Below, one piece after another: positions 7,798 to 14,264 of a stretch of DNA of 27,396 bases. Within the stretch, counting starts at the first letter, position 1; each line of letters starts with the position of its first letter. Where the stretch lies: IMG/VR virus record IMGVR_UViG_3300001380_000281, positions 1-27,396 of that record; one strand, written 5' to 3'. The stretch is from a virus (Duplodnaviria; Caudoviricetes). Both the position numbers and the translations under genes were made by a program. The notes beneath the pieces are model-generated. The model saw only the letters and a list, made by a program, of their open reading frames with translations. It was not told the origin of the DNA and did no database searches.

Positions 7798-8536
7798 TGG
7801 ATTTCTCCTCCTTTTTTGCGTAGTTAAATCCTTTTATCTTCGCGATTATATTGGGTAGGTTCGGCTCTTCGAACTCATCCACCCCTTTAAATTGGCACTT
7901 GGCCATGATCTTAGTTGTGCCAACAAACCTAATGAAACGGTCACCGGTCTTCTCATATACCTCCAGGCGACCTACAGCGTCTACCTTGCCGCAGATGTCT
8001 ATGGTGATTTTTGGGTAGAGCTTTGGATAAGTTTTTGTTATGACACCTCCTTCCGTTCTTTCGATATCAATTGGATATTCCCAAGCATTAAATATGACGT
8101 TCATATTCCGCTCGGTTGTAAGATCCCGGAAGAGCGTGAGATACTCTTTCATCTTGGTCGAGGTATCCCCGTGTTCTTTTACCTCCGGGAAATCTTTTCC
8201 GCGCCCTTCATAGATAACTCTTAATATCCAGTCCTGCATCTCCGATATGTTATCTATGACCGCGTTCTTGTAGGGGTGGGCTTCGCATCGCAGATACTGA
8301 TAGAATTTCTCGAGCTGCGCGAGATCCTCTTTGAGGTTAAACACGTGGTGGCCGCTACCAAGCAATGGACCGTAGCCTGCCTCGGTGTTTACGATAATGG
8401 TCTCGTCTACCGGAAGGGTGCCGGCAAGATGAGTCTTTCCCCTACCGGGATCCCCGTATATAATCATGGAGATCCCCCTATCTATCGTGGAGCCCATCGG
8501 TTTAATGCCTTCGTAAAGCTTGCTTACCTTAGCCAT
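7772..8536 (-). CDS. AAA_24 / Sak4-like phage ATPase (recombinase)
   Basis: Walker A IYGDPGRGKT, NTEAG, Walker B AVIDNISE, VDAVGRL. Lies between an exonuclease and an SSB. Confidence 0.88.
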   Translation of the reverse strand: MAKVSKLYEGIKPMGSTIDRGISMIIYGDPGRGKTHLAGTLPVDETIIVNTEAGYGPLLGSGHHVFNLKEDLAQLEKFYQYLRCEAHPYKNAVIDNISEMQDWILRVIYEGRGKDFPEVKEHGDTSTKMKEYLTLFRDLTTERNMNVIFNAWEYPIDIERTEGGVITKTYPKLYPKITIDICGKVDAVGRLEVYEKTGDRFIRFVGTTKIMAKCQFKGVDEFEEPNLPNIIAKIKGFNYAKKEEKSNGVNEPVH

Positions 8537-9446
8537 TTATTCTCCTTTCTGTTGGTTCTTCTCTTTCTTTTCTTCTTTCATATAAGGTGCTTATAAGTTC
8601 TTGGTCGGGCTTATCCTCCCAGCAGATCTTTTTATAGGGACATTCGGAGTTATAGGAGTAGCAGTTATCGGTATTGCGGAACCAGTCGTTATGACGTATC
8701 CTTCTTCGCATCTCCCGGGCAAGCTTCACCATATCAAGCTCATACTCGGATATCTCTTTCGCGGAACGATACGAGTAGAACCTCTCATAATAGAGCTGCT
8801 TCTTATCGTCTCGTGAATAGTCGGCATAGATCCTTTTGGCAAAGTCTTCGGTCTTTTCACTTGTGCCCTTACGCAGAAGCGGGCGCTTGATGGTGTCGTA
8901 GACAATTCCCTGGATCTTTTTGTCTTCCTGTTTTTCTATACCGTAGATATAGCCGGCTGCCTGGTAAGAGACGCCCGCCCTATTCTGGAAAGCCCTTCTA
9001 TCTAAAGAGGTAGTCTTTACTTCCCTTACCCACCATTTCCCGTTTCGTTCGACAAGCCCGTCTACCCTGCCTGTTAAACGAACGCCTCTTAAATTCGCGA
9101 GGCGAACCTTGAATTTCATCTCGGGGAAACATTTCGTGAACTCCATCTCGTTAAAAGGATAGTTGTGCCACATCCCAAGGACCGTATATTTATCAACGAT
9201 CATGTTTTCTACTTCTACTGGATCGACAGAGCTCTGCATGGCCTTGTCAAATGTGGTGTGGATAAACTTGTCTATCTCTTCTTTGGAAGAGTTATTGAAG
9301 TACATTTCGAAGCAGGGATGGACAATGCTGCCTACAGTAATGGCGCGGGATACCTTCTTAGGGGAAAGCCCCAGGATGACCCTGTAGTAATACCTTTTCC
9401 AGCAGTTCCTAGCGTCAGCGCTACTGGTGTAGCTTAGTTCCAGCAT
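8529..9446 (-). CDS. PD-(D/E)XK exonuclease, Cas4/AddB-like with four-Cys cluster
   Basis: LSYTS..CWKRYYY, GSIVH, GRVDGLV, VREVKTT, QAAGY, C-terminal CYSYNSECPYKKIC. Confidence 0.9.
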   Translation of the reverse strand: MLELSYTSSADARNCWKRYYYRVILGLSPKKVSRAITVGSIVHPCFEMYFNNSSKEEIDKFIHTTFDKAMQSSVDPVEVENMIVDKYTVLGMWHNYPFNEMEFTKCFPEMKFKVRLANLRGVRLTGRVDGLVERNGKWWVREVKTTSLDRRAFQNRAGVSYQAAGYIYGIEKQEDKKIQGIVYDTIKRPLLRKGTSEKTEDFAKRIYADYSRDDKKQLYYERFYSYRSAKEISEYELDMVKLAREMRRRIRHNDWFRNTDNCYSYNSECPYKKICWEDKPDQELISTLYERRKEREEPTERRING

Positions 9447-9579
9447 TTGCTACCTCTATTCTTTTGGCCTCGTTATACATGTCGAGGACGCCGTCGAAGT
9501 AACCGGCTTTGCGGGCCTCGTCCTTCTCCTCTATCTTTACCTTGCGCAACAACTCGTCTCTTTTTTCTTCCAGCGTCAT
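9421..9579 (-). CDS. 52-aa hypothetical protein (absent from the ORF track)
   Basis: AAAGGA RBS. MTLEEKRDELLRKVKIEEKDEARKAGYFDGVLDMYNEAKRIEVANAGTKLHQ*. Overlaps the nuclease start. Confidence 0.7.
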   Translation of the reverse strand: MTLEEKRDELLRKVKIEEKDEARKAGYFDGVLDMYNEAKRIEVANAGTKLHQ

Positions 9580-9597
9580 ATGGTCCTTTCGGGAAAT

Positions 9598-9646
9598 AAA
9601 AAGGACGCTACCCGCGAGGCTTTTTTAGCCCAACGGATAGCGCCCT
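9598..9646 (-). terminator. Intrinsic terminator-like hairpin T4
   Basis: AGGGCGCTATCCG..GGGCT-loop-AGCCT..CGGGTAGCGTCCT followed by TTTT. Confidence 0.75.
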
Positions 9647-9683
9647 GTGCATACCACTCGAACGCTACATCTACTCCAAAATT

Positions 9684-9745
9684 AAAAAGGCCCTTCTACC
9701 TTATCCGCCCGATCCTACAGGTCAGCGGACACGGCAAAGAGCCTT
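9684..9745 (-). terminator. Intrinsic terminator-like hairpin T3
   Basis: AAGGCTCTTTGCC-G-TGTCCGC...GCGGATA-A-GGTAGAAGGGCCTT followed by TTTAATTTT. Confidence 0.75.
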
Positions 9746-9762
9746 GAGCCTTCCTCCTATAT

Positions 9763-9801
9763 AAAAAATGACACGTAGCCCCTGAATAGAGTCATGTGTC
9801 A
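9763..9801 (-). terminator. Intrinsic terminator-like hairpin T2
   Basis: TGACAC...GTGTCA followed by TTTTTT. Confidence 0.65.
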
Positions 9802-9818
9802 AATATGGTTTCTTGGTC

Positions 9819-9890
9819 ATTCTATATCTCGCTTTCGTGTCGTAAGTATACATGGGCTTTTTCAAAAACCCAAATCTCACGACATAGAAT
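9819..9890 (-). ncRNA. Structured RNA element immediately after the 62-aa gene
   Basis: TGTCGTGAG/CTTACGACA and TGGGTTTT/AAAGCCCA stems. A competing ATTCTATGTC/GATATAGAAT helix is also possible. No U-tract. Confidence 0.55.
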
Positions 9891-9891
9891 T

Positions 9892-10080
9892 TTAAAGATT
9901 ATTCGGTTCTTCCAGGTCTTCGGCCTTATAGTGGATAGATACTTCCATATCGGCAATACCCCCTTTGGATATCACGAACTCAAGTCTGCCGAATTCTATC
10001 CCCTCCTTCTTTACTATCCTGGATAAACCGTCAACCATGTCTCTAAGAGCCGCTTTTTTGACAGAAAGATCTTTGCGCAT
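9892..10080 (-). CDS. Small protein, DUF2292/YezD-like pattern (paralogue B)
   Basis: Helix followed by IEFGRLEFVISKGGIADMEVSIHYK. GGGGGAAG RBS. Confidence 0.65.
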   Translation of the reverse strand: MRKDLSVKKAALRDMVDGLSRIVKKEGIEFGRLEFVISKGGIADMEVSIHYKAEDLEEPNNL

Positions 10081-10101
10081 CGCTTCCCCCGAGTTTTCTA
10101 C

Positions 10102-10180
10102 AAAAAAGAGGCATCAGCTATTAGCCCGCATACACCATGGGCTATATAGATAATGCCTCCGCTTTCCGGCCAGCCTATCT
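10102..10180 (-). terminator. Terminator T1 (10102-10159) overlapped by an alternative antiterminator-like stem (10148-10180)
   Basis: GAGGCATTA..TAGCCC-loop-GGGCTA..TGATGCCTC followed by TTTTTT. Upstream AGATAGGCTGGCCG-GAAAG-CGGAGGCATTATCT can sequester the 5' arm. Confidence 0.7.
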
Positions 10181-10184
10181 TATT

Positions 10185-10415
10185 TTAGATCCCGTTTATC
10201 TTTCCATTATAATCTTGGCGTTTATAATGGCTTGAAACATCTACATCCGTTATCCCATCATCCCGGTCTCCAAATCTTAAAACAATTACCGCGAACTTAA
10301 GGTTGAACCTGGTCTGCAACATCTTGCCCTTCCTGAAGAAATAGTCTTTAACGTCCTTGTCATCATGTCTTTCTTTCCCTTGTCCGGCCAGGTCGCCGTT
10401 TACTTTTTTTACCAT
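10185..10415 (-). CDS. Small protein (paralogue A of 9892-10080)
   Basis: LKFAVIVLRF..DGITDVDVSSHYK aligns with IEFGRLEFVI..GGIADMEVSIHYK. AAGGAG RBS. Confidence 0.65.
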   Translation of the reverse strand: MVKKVNGDLAGQGKERHDDKDVKDYFFRKGKMLQTRFNLKFAVIVLRFGDRDDGITDVDVSSHYKRQDYNGKINGI

Positions 10416-10423
10416 TGGACTCC

Positions 10424-10663
10424 TTAGTGATTAAACACATATACCTTGCCCTCTTTTTCCTCGACCCTAATATCCATGTTAAATTTTTTTCCTAACCTCT
10501 TTAATGACCTTTTAGCGCTCATTAGGTTAGGATACCCGAGCTGGTAGAGAGTTTTTTGAATGGTCTGGGTAGAAGATAGCTTCTTTATATCTTCTATTAT
10601 TAACGACTTCTCCATCCACGGTTGCCTCTCGACAACTTCGAATTTCGCTTTCCCTTCCAGCAT
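10424..10663 (-). CDS. Paralogue 3 of a shared about 75-aa basic domain (stand-alone)
   Basis: KFEVVERQPWM..LGYPNLMSAKRSLKRLGKKFNMDIRVEEKEGKVYVF. Confidence 0.7.
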   Translation of the reverse strand: MLEGKAKFEVVERQPWMEKSLIIEDIKKLSSTQTIQKTLYQLGYPNLMSAKRSLKRLGKKFNMDIRVEEKEGKVYVFNH

Positions 10664-10665
10664 TA

Positions 10666-11148
10666 TTATTCATCACTCTTTTTGAATATGTATAATACGC
10701 CGTCTTTTTCCGCGACTTTTATCATGGGCATATTATATTTTTTCCCGATAGCGCGCAGAGAGTTTCTGGCGCTCTGTATATTCGCATACCCTAAGTCCGC
10801 AAGCGAACTCCTAACGGGTTGTTTATTCGGCAGAGTTTTTAGGAATTCCATCAGGTCGATAACGGTTGTGGAATAAGTCTTCTGCATCTTGAATTCCATC
10901 CACGGCTCCATCTCGACAACCTCGAACTTGGTCTTCGGCTTCTTGGACGGTTTAATACTGGCTGCCGGCACATCCATCCCCATAGCTTTATGTATCTTGG
11001 CAAGCGTCTCACCCTGTATATGGGTAAAACCTTTTTCGATCTTCGCGACCGTGCCAGTCTTTAACCCGGCCTTGTCAGCGAACTTCCTTAATGAGATTTT
11101 ATTCTCCTCCCGGTACTTCTTTACTATTTCCGATATGTTCGCGCTCAC
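10666..11148 (-). CDS. XRE HTH fused to the shared domain (paralogue 2)
   Basis: VKKYREENKISLRKFADKAGLKTGTVAKIEKG is an HTH. Followed by KFEVVEMEPWM..LGYANIQSARNSL..KVAEKDGVLYIF. Confidence 0.85.
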   Translation of the reverse strand: MSANISEIVKKYREENKISLRKFADKAGLKTGTVAKIEKGFTHIQGETLAKIHKAMGMDVPAASIKPSKKPKTKFEVVEMEPWMEFKMQKTYSTTVIDLMEFLKTLPNKQPVRSSLADLGYANIQSARNSLRAIGKKYNMPMIKVAEKDGVLYIFKKSDE

Positions 11149-11758
11149 TTACTGCCCCCTTTCTGTTTTCGCCATTTTCAGGCATTTGCTTTGGAACTCT
11201 GTTAAAAATATGTATGACGTCGTCCTTTTTTCTCTTTATACTTATATCCAGCCCCATCTTTTTAGCGTAATTCACGATCTTGGCTCTTAGCGTAATAAAG
11301 TCTGCATAGTCTTCTCCTATGCTTATATCCGCAAATGAAGTCTTTATAACTCTATACTCGCCCTGGGTGTGAAGAATCTTCAGGCAATCGAGAATGTTTA
11401 TTACCCAAGGAGAAGGCGGCTTTCCCTTGGAGTACATCCAGGACTCCATCTCCGCAAGTTCAAAGCGCCCAACCTTCTTCCTTAGTATGATCTCGCTTCC
11501 GCAAACATAGTAATGAAGCGAGCCTACCGCCGATTCAGCCACCTTGCACCATCTTTTATAGATGTTGCTTTTGGCCTCGAGATTGCCGAGCGTTATAAAA
11601 AGAGGGCAATATGACGTATCCCATCTGCCACGGAAGCTGCATATGCCGCAATTGGATAGCCCTATACCGCCAGCGCAGTTACGCCAGTTGCATTTCCAGG
11701 CCCGCGAGTCTTCTGGCGCGACCTTATAGTCTATCCGCTTATAGGGAATCGGCGTCAT
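11099..11758 (-). CDS. Cys-rich N-terminal domain fused to the shared domain (paralogue 1)
   Basis: CNWRNC..CGIC..C N-terminus. RFELAEMESWM..KKMGLDISIKRKKDDVIHIF C-terminus. ATGA overlap with the response regulator. Confidence 0.7.
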   Translation of the reverse strand: MTPIPYKRIDYKVAPEDSRAWKCNWRNCAGGIGLSNCGICSFRGRWDTSYCPLFITLGNLEAKSNIYKRWCKVAESAVGSLHYYVCGSEIILRKKVGRFELAEMESWMYSKGKPPSPWVINILDCLKILHTQGEYRVIKTSFADISIGEDYADFITLRAKIVNYAKKMGLDISIKRKKDDVIHIFNRVPKQMPENGENRKGAVSEREHIGNSKEVPGGE

Positions 11759-12123
11759 TTCTTTAAGATCTCCAACAAGAGTTTCTTTAGATCCGCTACG
11801 GAAAATGGTTTATCTATATAAAAATCAGCTCCCAGCTCTTTTGCTATACGCTCATCCTCTTTTGAGCCGGAACCCGTGATAATGATTACCACGCTGGATC
11901 GGTCCATAGCCTTTATCTTCTTTAAGACTTCCAGACCGTATATGTCCCCCAAATATAGATCGAGCATAACGATCTCGTGTCGTTCAACGCTAAACGCATC
12001 CAAGCCGCCCTGGCCTGTCAATGCATATGTCACCTTGTAGCCCCTCGCATCGAAGAAATCTTTCAGCATCTCGCATATATCCACCTCGTCATCTATTATC
12101 AATATCTTTGTTATATCCTTCAC
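11755..12123 (-). CDS. Single-domain response regulator (CheY-like receiver)
   Basis: ILIIDDE, phospho-acceptor Asp in VMLDL, IIITG, YIDKPF. Likely GTG start at 12123 (GTGA overlap with the upstream stop). Confidence 0.92.
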   Translation of the reverse strand: MKDITKILIIDDEVDICEMLKDFFDARGYKVTYALTGQGGLDAFSVERHEIVMLDLYLGDIYGLEVLKKIKAMDRSSVVIIITGSGSKEDERIAKELGADFYIDKPFSVADLKKLLLEILKK

Positions 12124-12437
12124 TGTATGCCCCACGCTTCCGGCATCTGCCACACATGAAAACAGTTCCTGTGGATATTCACGTAATCTTCTTTCTTAGG
12201 CATAACCATCATGCAGTCTACATCGCCAAAGAAATGCTCCTTTACCTCAAGTATCTCTTCCCATGACGGATAACGGTCTTCTCTTGATATAGAAACGTGC
12301 TTTAATGCTCCCCACTTCGGAGTATTGTCTATAGTCTTTATGACACCTATACCGCACTTCGTGACAAACGCTTCCGCATCATGCGAATCAGTAGGTACGG
12401 GCATCCCCAGCCTTACTTTATTAAATTTCATCATCAA
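12120..12437 (-). CDS. Conserved phage hypothetical protein
   Basis: HVSISREDRYPSWEEI..VKEHFFG..EDYVNIHRNCFHVW motif, recognisable from phage proteins of unknown function. Confidence 0.75.
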   Translation of the reverse strand: MMMKFNKVRLGMPVPTDSHDAEAFVTKCGIGVIKTIDNTPKWGALKHVSISREDRYPSWEEILEVKEHFFGDVDCMMVMPKKEDYVNIHRNCFHVWQMPEAWGIQ

Positions 12438-12807
12438 GCATTGCCCTTATGGCTGTCCAATTTATTCTTTTCATTTCCTTTAATAGGGCCACGATCTTAG
12501 CATGGCACCGGTTTGCCTCTTTTAATGTGCTATACCTTTTACAATATATGCTAGTCATATCATGGGGTGGGAAGACCATGGTCTCGAAGATAAGTATCCT
12601 TCCTCCAAAACCATGATCCAGGCCAAGCCATACCGTCGATACTCTGAATCCGTATTTGACGGTATCTAACCCCACCCGTCTGTAATTTAGGTCTTCGAGA
12701 AGACGAGCCCACTCCATAAGTGGTATAAGCTTACCGTATTTATCCCAGTGGCCAACATGCCATACAGGGAAAGGTTTCTTTTCTATAAACTTCTTTACTC
12801 TATTCAT
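12421..12807 (-). CDS. Conserved phage hypothetical protein
   Basis: VSTVWLGLDH..IFETMVF..RYST..EA..H motif. Confidence 0.75.
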   Translation of the reverse strand: MNRVKKFIEKKPFPVWHVGHWDKYGKLIPLMEWARLLEDLNYRRVGLDTVKYGFRVSTVWLGLDHGFGGRILIFETMVFPPHDMTSIYCKRYSTLKEANRCHAKIVALLKEMKRINWTAIRAMLDDEI

Positions 12808-13181
12808 GCGTCTACCCTGCTTCGCAGATAACTCTTTACGAAATGCCGCGCCGTCTCTTTCGCGTCTTCCGGCGTAACGCCAAAATGGACTCCTTCAGGA
12901 TGATCTCTGATAACTTTTTTTAGACATTCCACACAGATGGGCTTTTTTTCGAGGTTATGGACCATTATCCATATTTTTCTATAACAACTACCGCAGGAAA
13001 CAAGGAAGGATTTTTTGAGGATCTCGGGAGGCGGAGTGAAATGTGTCGCATCCGCGCCTATTACGTATTCTTTATTATCCATTGGCACCTCTAGTAAATA
13101 TTTGTCAAGGCCCTCGTGGCAAAAAAATAGCCCTTCATCACCTTGTTTGATAGGGTGATAAGGGTAAAACACCACTGTCAT
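12804..13181 (-). CDS. Hypothetical protein with two CxxC motifs
   Basis: CGSC..IW..PICVEC. The true start may be the internal Met (MDNKEY), which has a GAGGTG RBS. Confidence 0.6.
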   Translation of the reverse strand: MTVVFYPYHPIKQGDEGLFFCHEGLDKYLLEVPMDNKEYVIGADATHFTPPPEILKKSFLVSCGSCYRKIWIMVHNLEKKPICVECLKKVIRDHPEGVHFGVTPEDAKETARHFVKSYLRSRVDA

Positions 13182-13186
13182 CTCGT

Positions 13187-13408
13187 TTATATGCTCGTAT
13201 CATATTTTAGGAAATCGCAGACCGCCTCTATTACACGTTTTCGTAGCTCTTTTTTCATATGCAGCGTCATCCAAAATGCCCTGTTAATCCTGGAAGACGA
13301 CGCATACGGCTTATTGCATTTTCTCCTAACCTCTTTAAACGTCTCATTAATAATGATCGCCATGTCGCTGTTAACCCGGTAATGTATGCTTTCAGACTGT
13401 TTCGCCAA
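13187..13408 (-). CDS. Putative ribbon-helix-helix-like regulator, first gene of the early operon
   Basis: Strong AAGGAGG RBS with TTG start. SIHYRVNSD strand followed by helices. Confidence 0.55.
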   Translation of the reverse strand: MAKQSESIHYRVNSDMAIIINETFKEVRRKCNKPYASSSRINRAFWMTLHMKKELRKRVIEAVCDFLKYDTSI

Positions 13409-13463
13409 GCTTTCCTCCTTTTCCTAGTATAAATCCTACTATCTCTAAGTAAAGCAATACCTT

Positions 13464-13534
13464 GTGAGTTTTTTGTAACCTTCACGTGTTACAATCACCC
13501 CACGTTATGCACACGCTTGTGCCACAAACGTGGG
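13464..13534 (-). ncRNA. Two abutting stem-loops in the late/early intergenic region
   Basis: CCCACGTT..GCACA-AGCG-TGTGC..AACGTGGG directly followed by GTGA-TTGTAAC..GTTACAA..TCAC. TATAAT at 13564-13559 upstream. Confidence 0.5.
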
Positions 13535-13624
13535 CCCTGACAAATATCGAAATAGCTAATTATACGGGAAAAATAGCGACGGGGGTTTAAGGAAAGAAAA
13601 TGGCAAGGCCTTTTTGAGTAGCTA

Positions 13625-13906
13625 TTACATCAATAACCTCATCTTCCAAATCTTCAAAAGAAAAAACGGCTCTTTCCCTGTTACATTGGAAATCGTATTC
13701 GTTCCCCCTGTTATTACCATAGGAGGATTGTCTTTTAGAGACCGCGCATATCCTTCCTTCCAACCCTTATTGTATCCCCCATTGTAGATATGTTTATATA
13801 TCATAATGGGGCCTCCTATAAGAACCACGGCTATGATAGCCACGCTTATAAAACGCCATAGGGAATGCGTGATCCAATTCACTATCGGCAATAACCAAAT
13901 TGGCAT
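13625..13906 (-). CDS. Membrane-anchored protein, possibly lysis-related
   Basis: TM segment FISVAIIAVVLIGGPIMIY followed by GYNKGWKEGY. AAGGAGG RBS. End of the late operon. Confidence 0.6.
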   Translation of the reverse strand: MPIWLLPIVNWITHSLWRFISVAIIAVVLIGGPIMIYKHIYNGGYNKGWKEGYARSLKDNPPMVITGGTNTISNVTGKEPFFLLKIWKMRLLM

Positions 13907-13914
13907 AATCCTCC

Positions 13915-14028
13915 TTACTTATTCTTTTTAAATAGCTTGTCGAGACTCGCCTGTATCAACGGATGAAACACATACGTCAATAGCGAGGATATCGCTGCTA
14001 CTAAGAACAGTCCTATTAAATAACGCAT
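13915..14028 (-). CDS. 37-aa single-TM peptide (absent from the ORF track)
   Basis: GGAGGT RBS. MRYLIGLFLVAAISSLLTYVFHPLIQASLDKLFKKNK*. Confidence 0.65.
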   Translation of the reverse strand: MRYLIGLFLVAAISSLLTYVFHPLIQASLDKLFKKNK

Positions 14029-14059
14029 CTTTGCACCTCCTTCCTATATATAGGGGGTC

Positions 14060-14260
14060 TCATGAGATCTCCTGAGACAGGTCTTCCACTCTTTCCAGAA
14101 TGGTATCCGCATGAAACTGCCCTATTGTATGCTTCAGCTTATCGTTCATATGCTCACGCGACACATAATTACCATGGTCGAAGGCCCCTATTATCTCGTG
14201 GCCAGCGCCTATGACAACCTTATATGGCGTTCCCTTTATCCGGCATATATGTATTTCCAT
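14060..14260 (-). CDS. Small hypothetical protein
   Basis: Starts 4 nt after the 1773-aa gene stop. Confidence 0.5.
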   Translation of the reverse strand: MEIHICRIKGTPYKVVIGAGHEIIGAFDHGNYVSREHMNDKLKHTIGQFHADTILERVEDLSQEIS

Positions 14261-14264
14261 CTTC

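Noticed and set aside
8529-9446. Cas4-like nuclease as evidence of a CRISPR system
   Set aside because: No cas1/cas2 and no repeat-spacer array. The nuclease-Sak4-SSB context is a standard phage recombination module.
9580-9890. Hairpin series as a CRISPR-like array or tRNA cluster
   Set aside because: The hairpins share no repeated sequence or fixed period, and there is no cloverleaf with T-loop/D-loop consensus.
13267-13485. 72-aa minus-strand ORF overlapping the early promoter
   Set aside because: No RBS, it starts inside a hairpin, and it overlaps the better-supported 13187-13408 gene.
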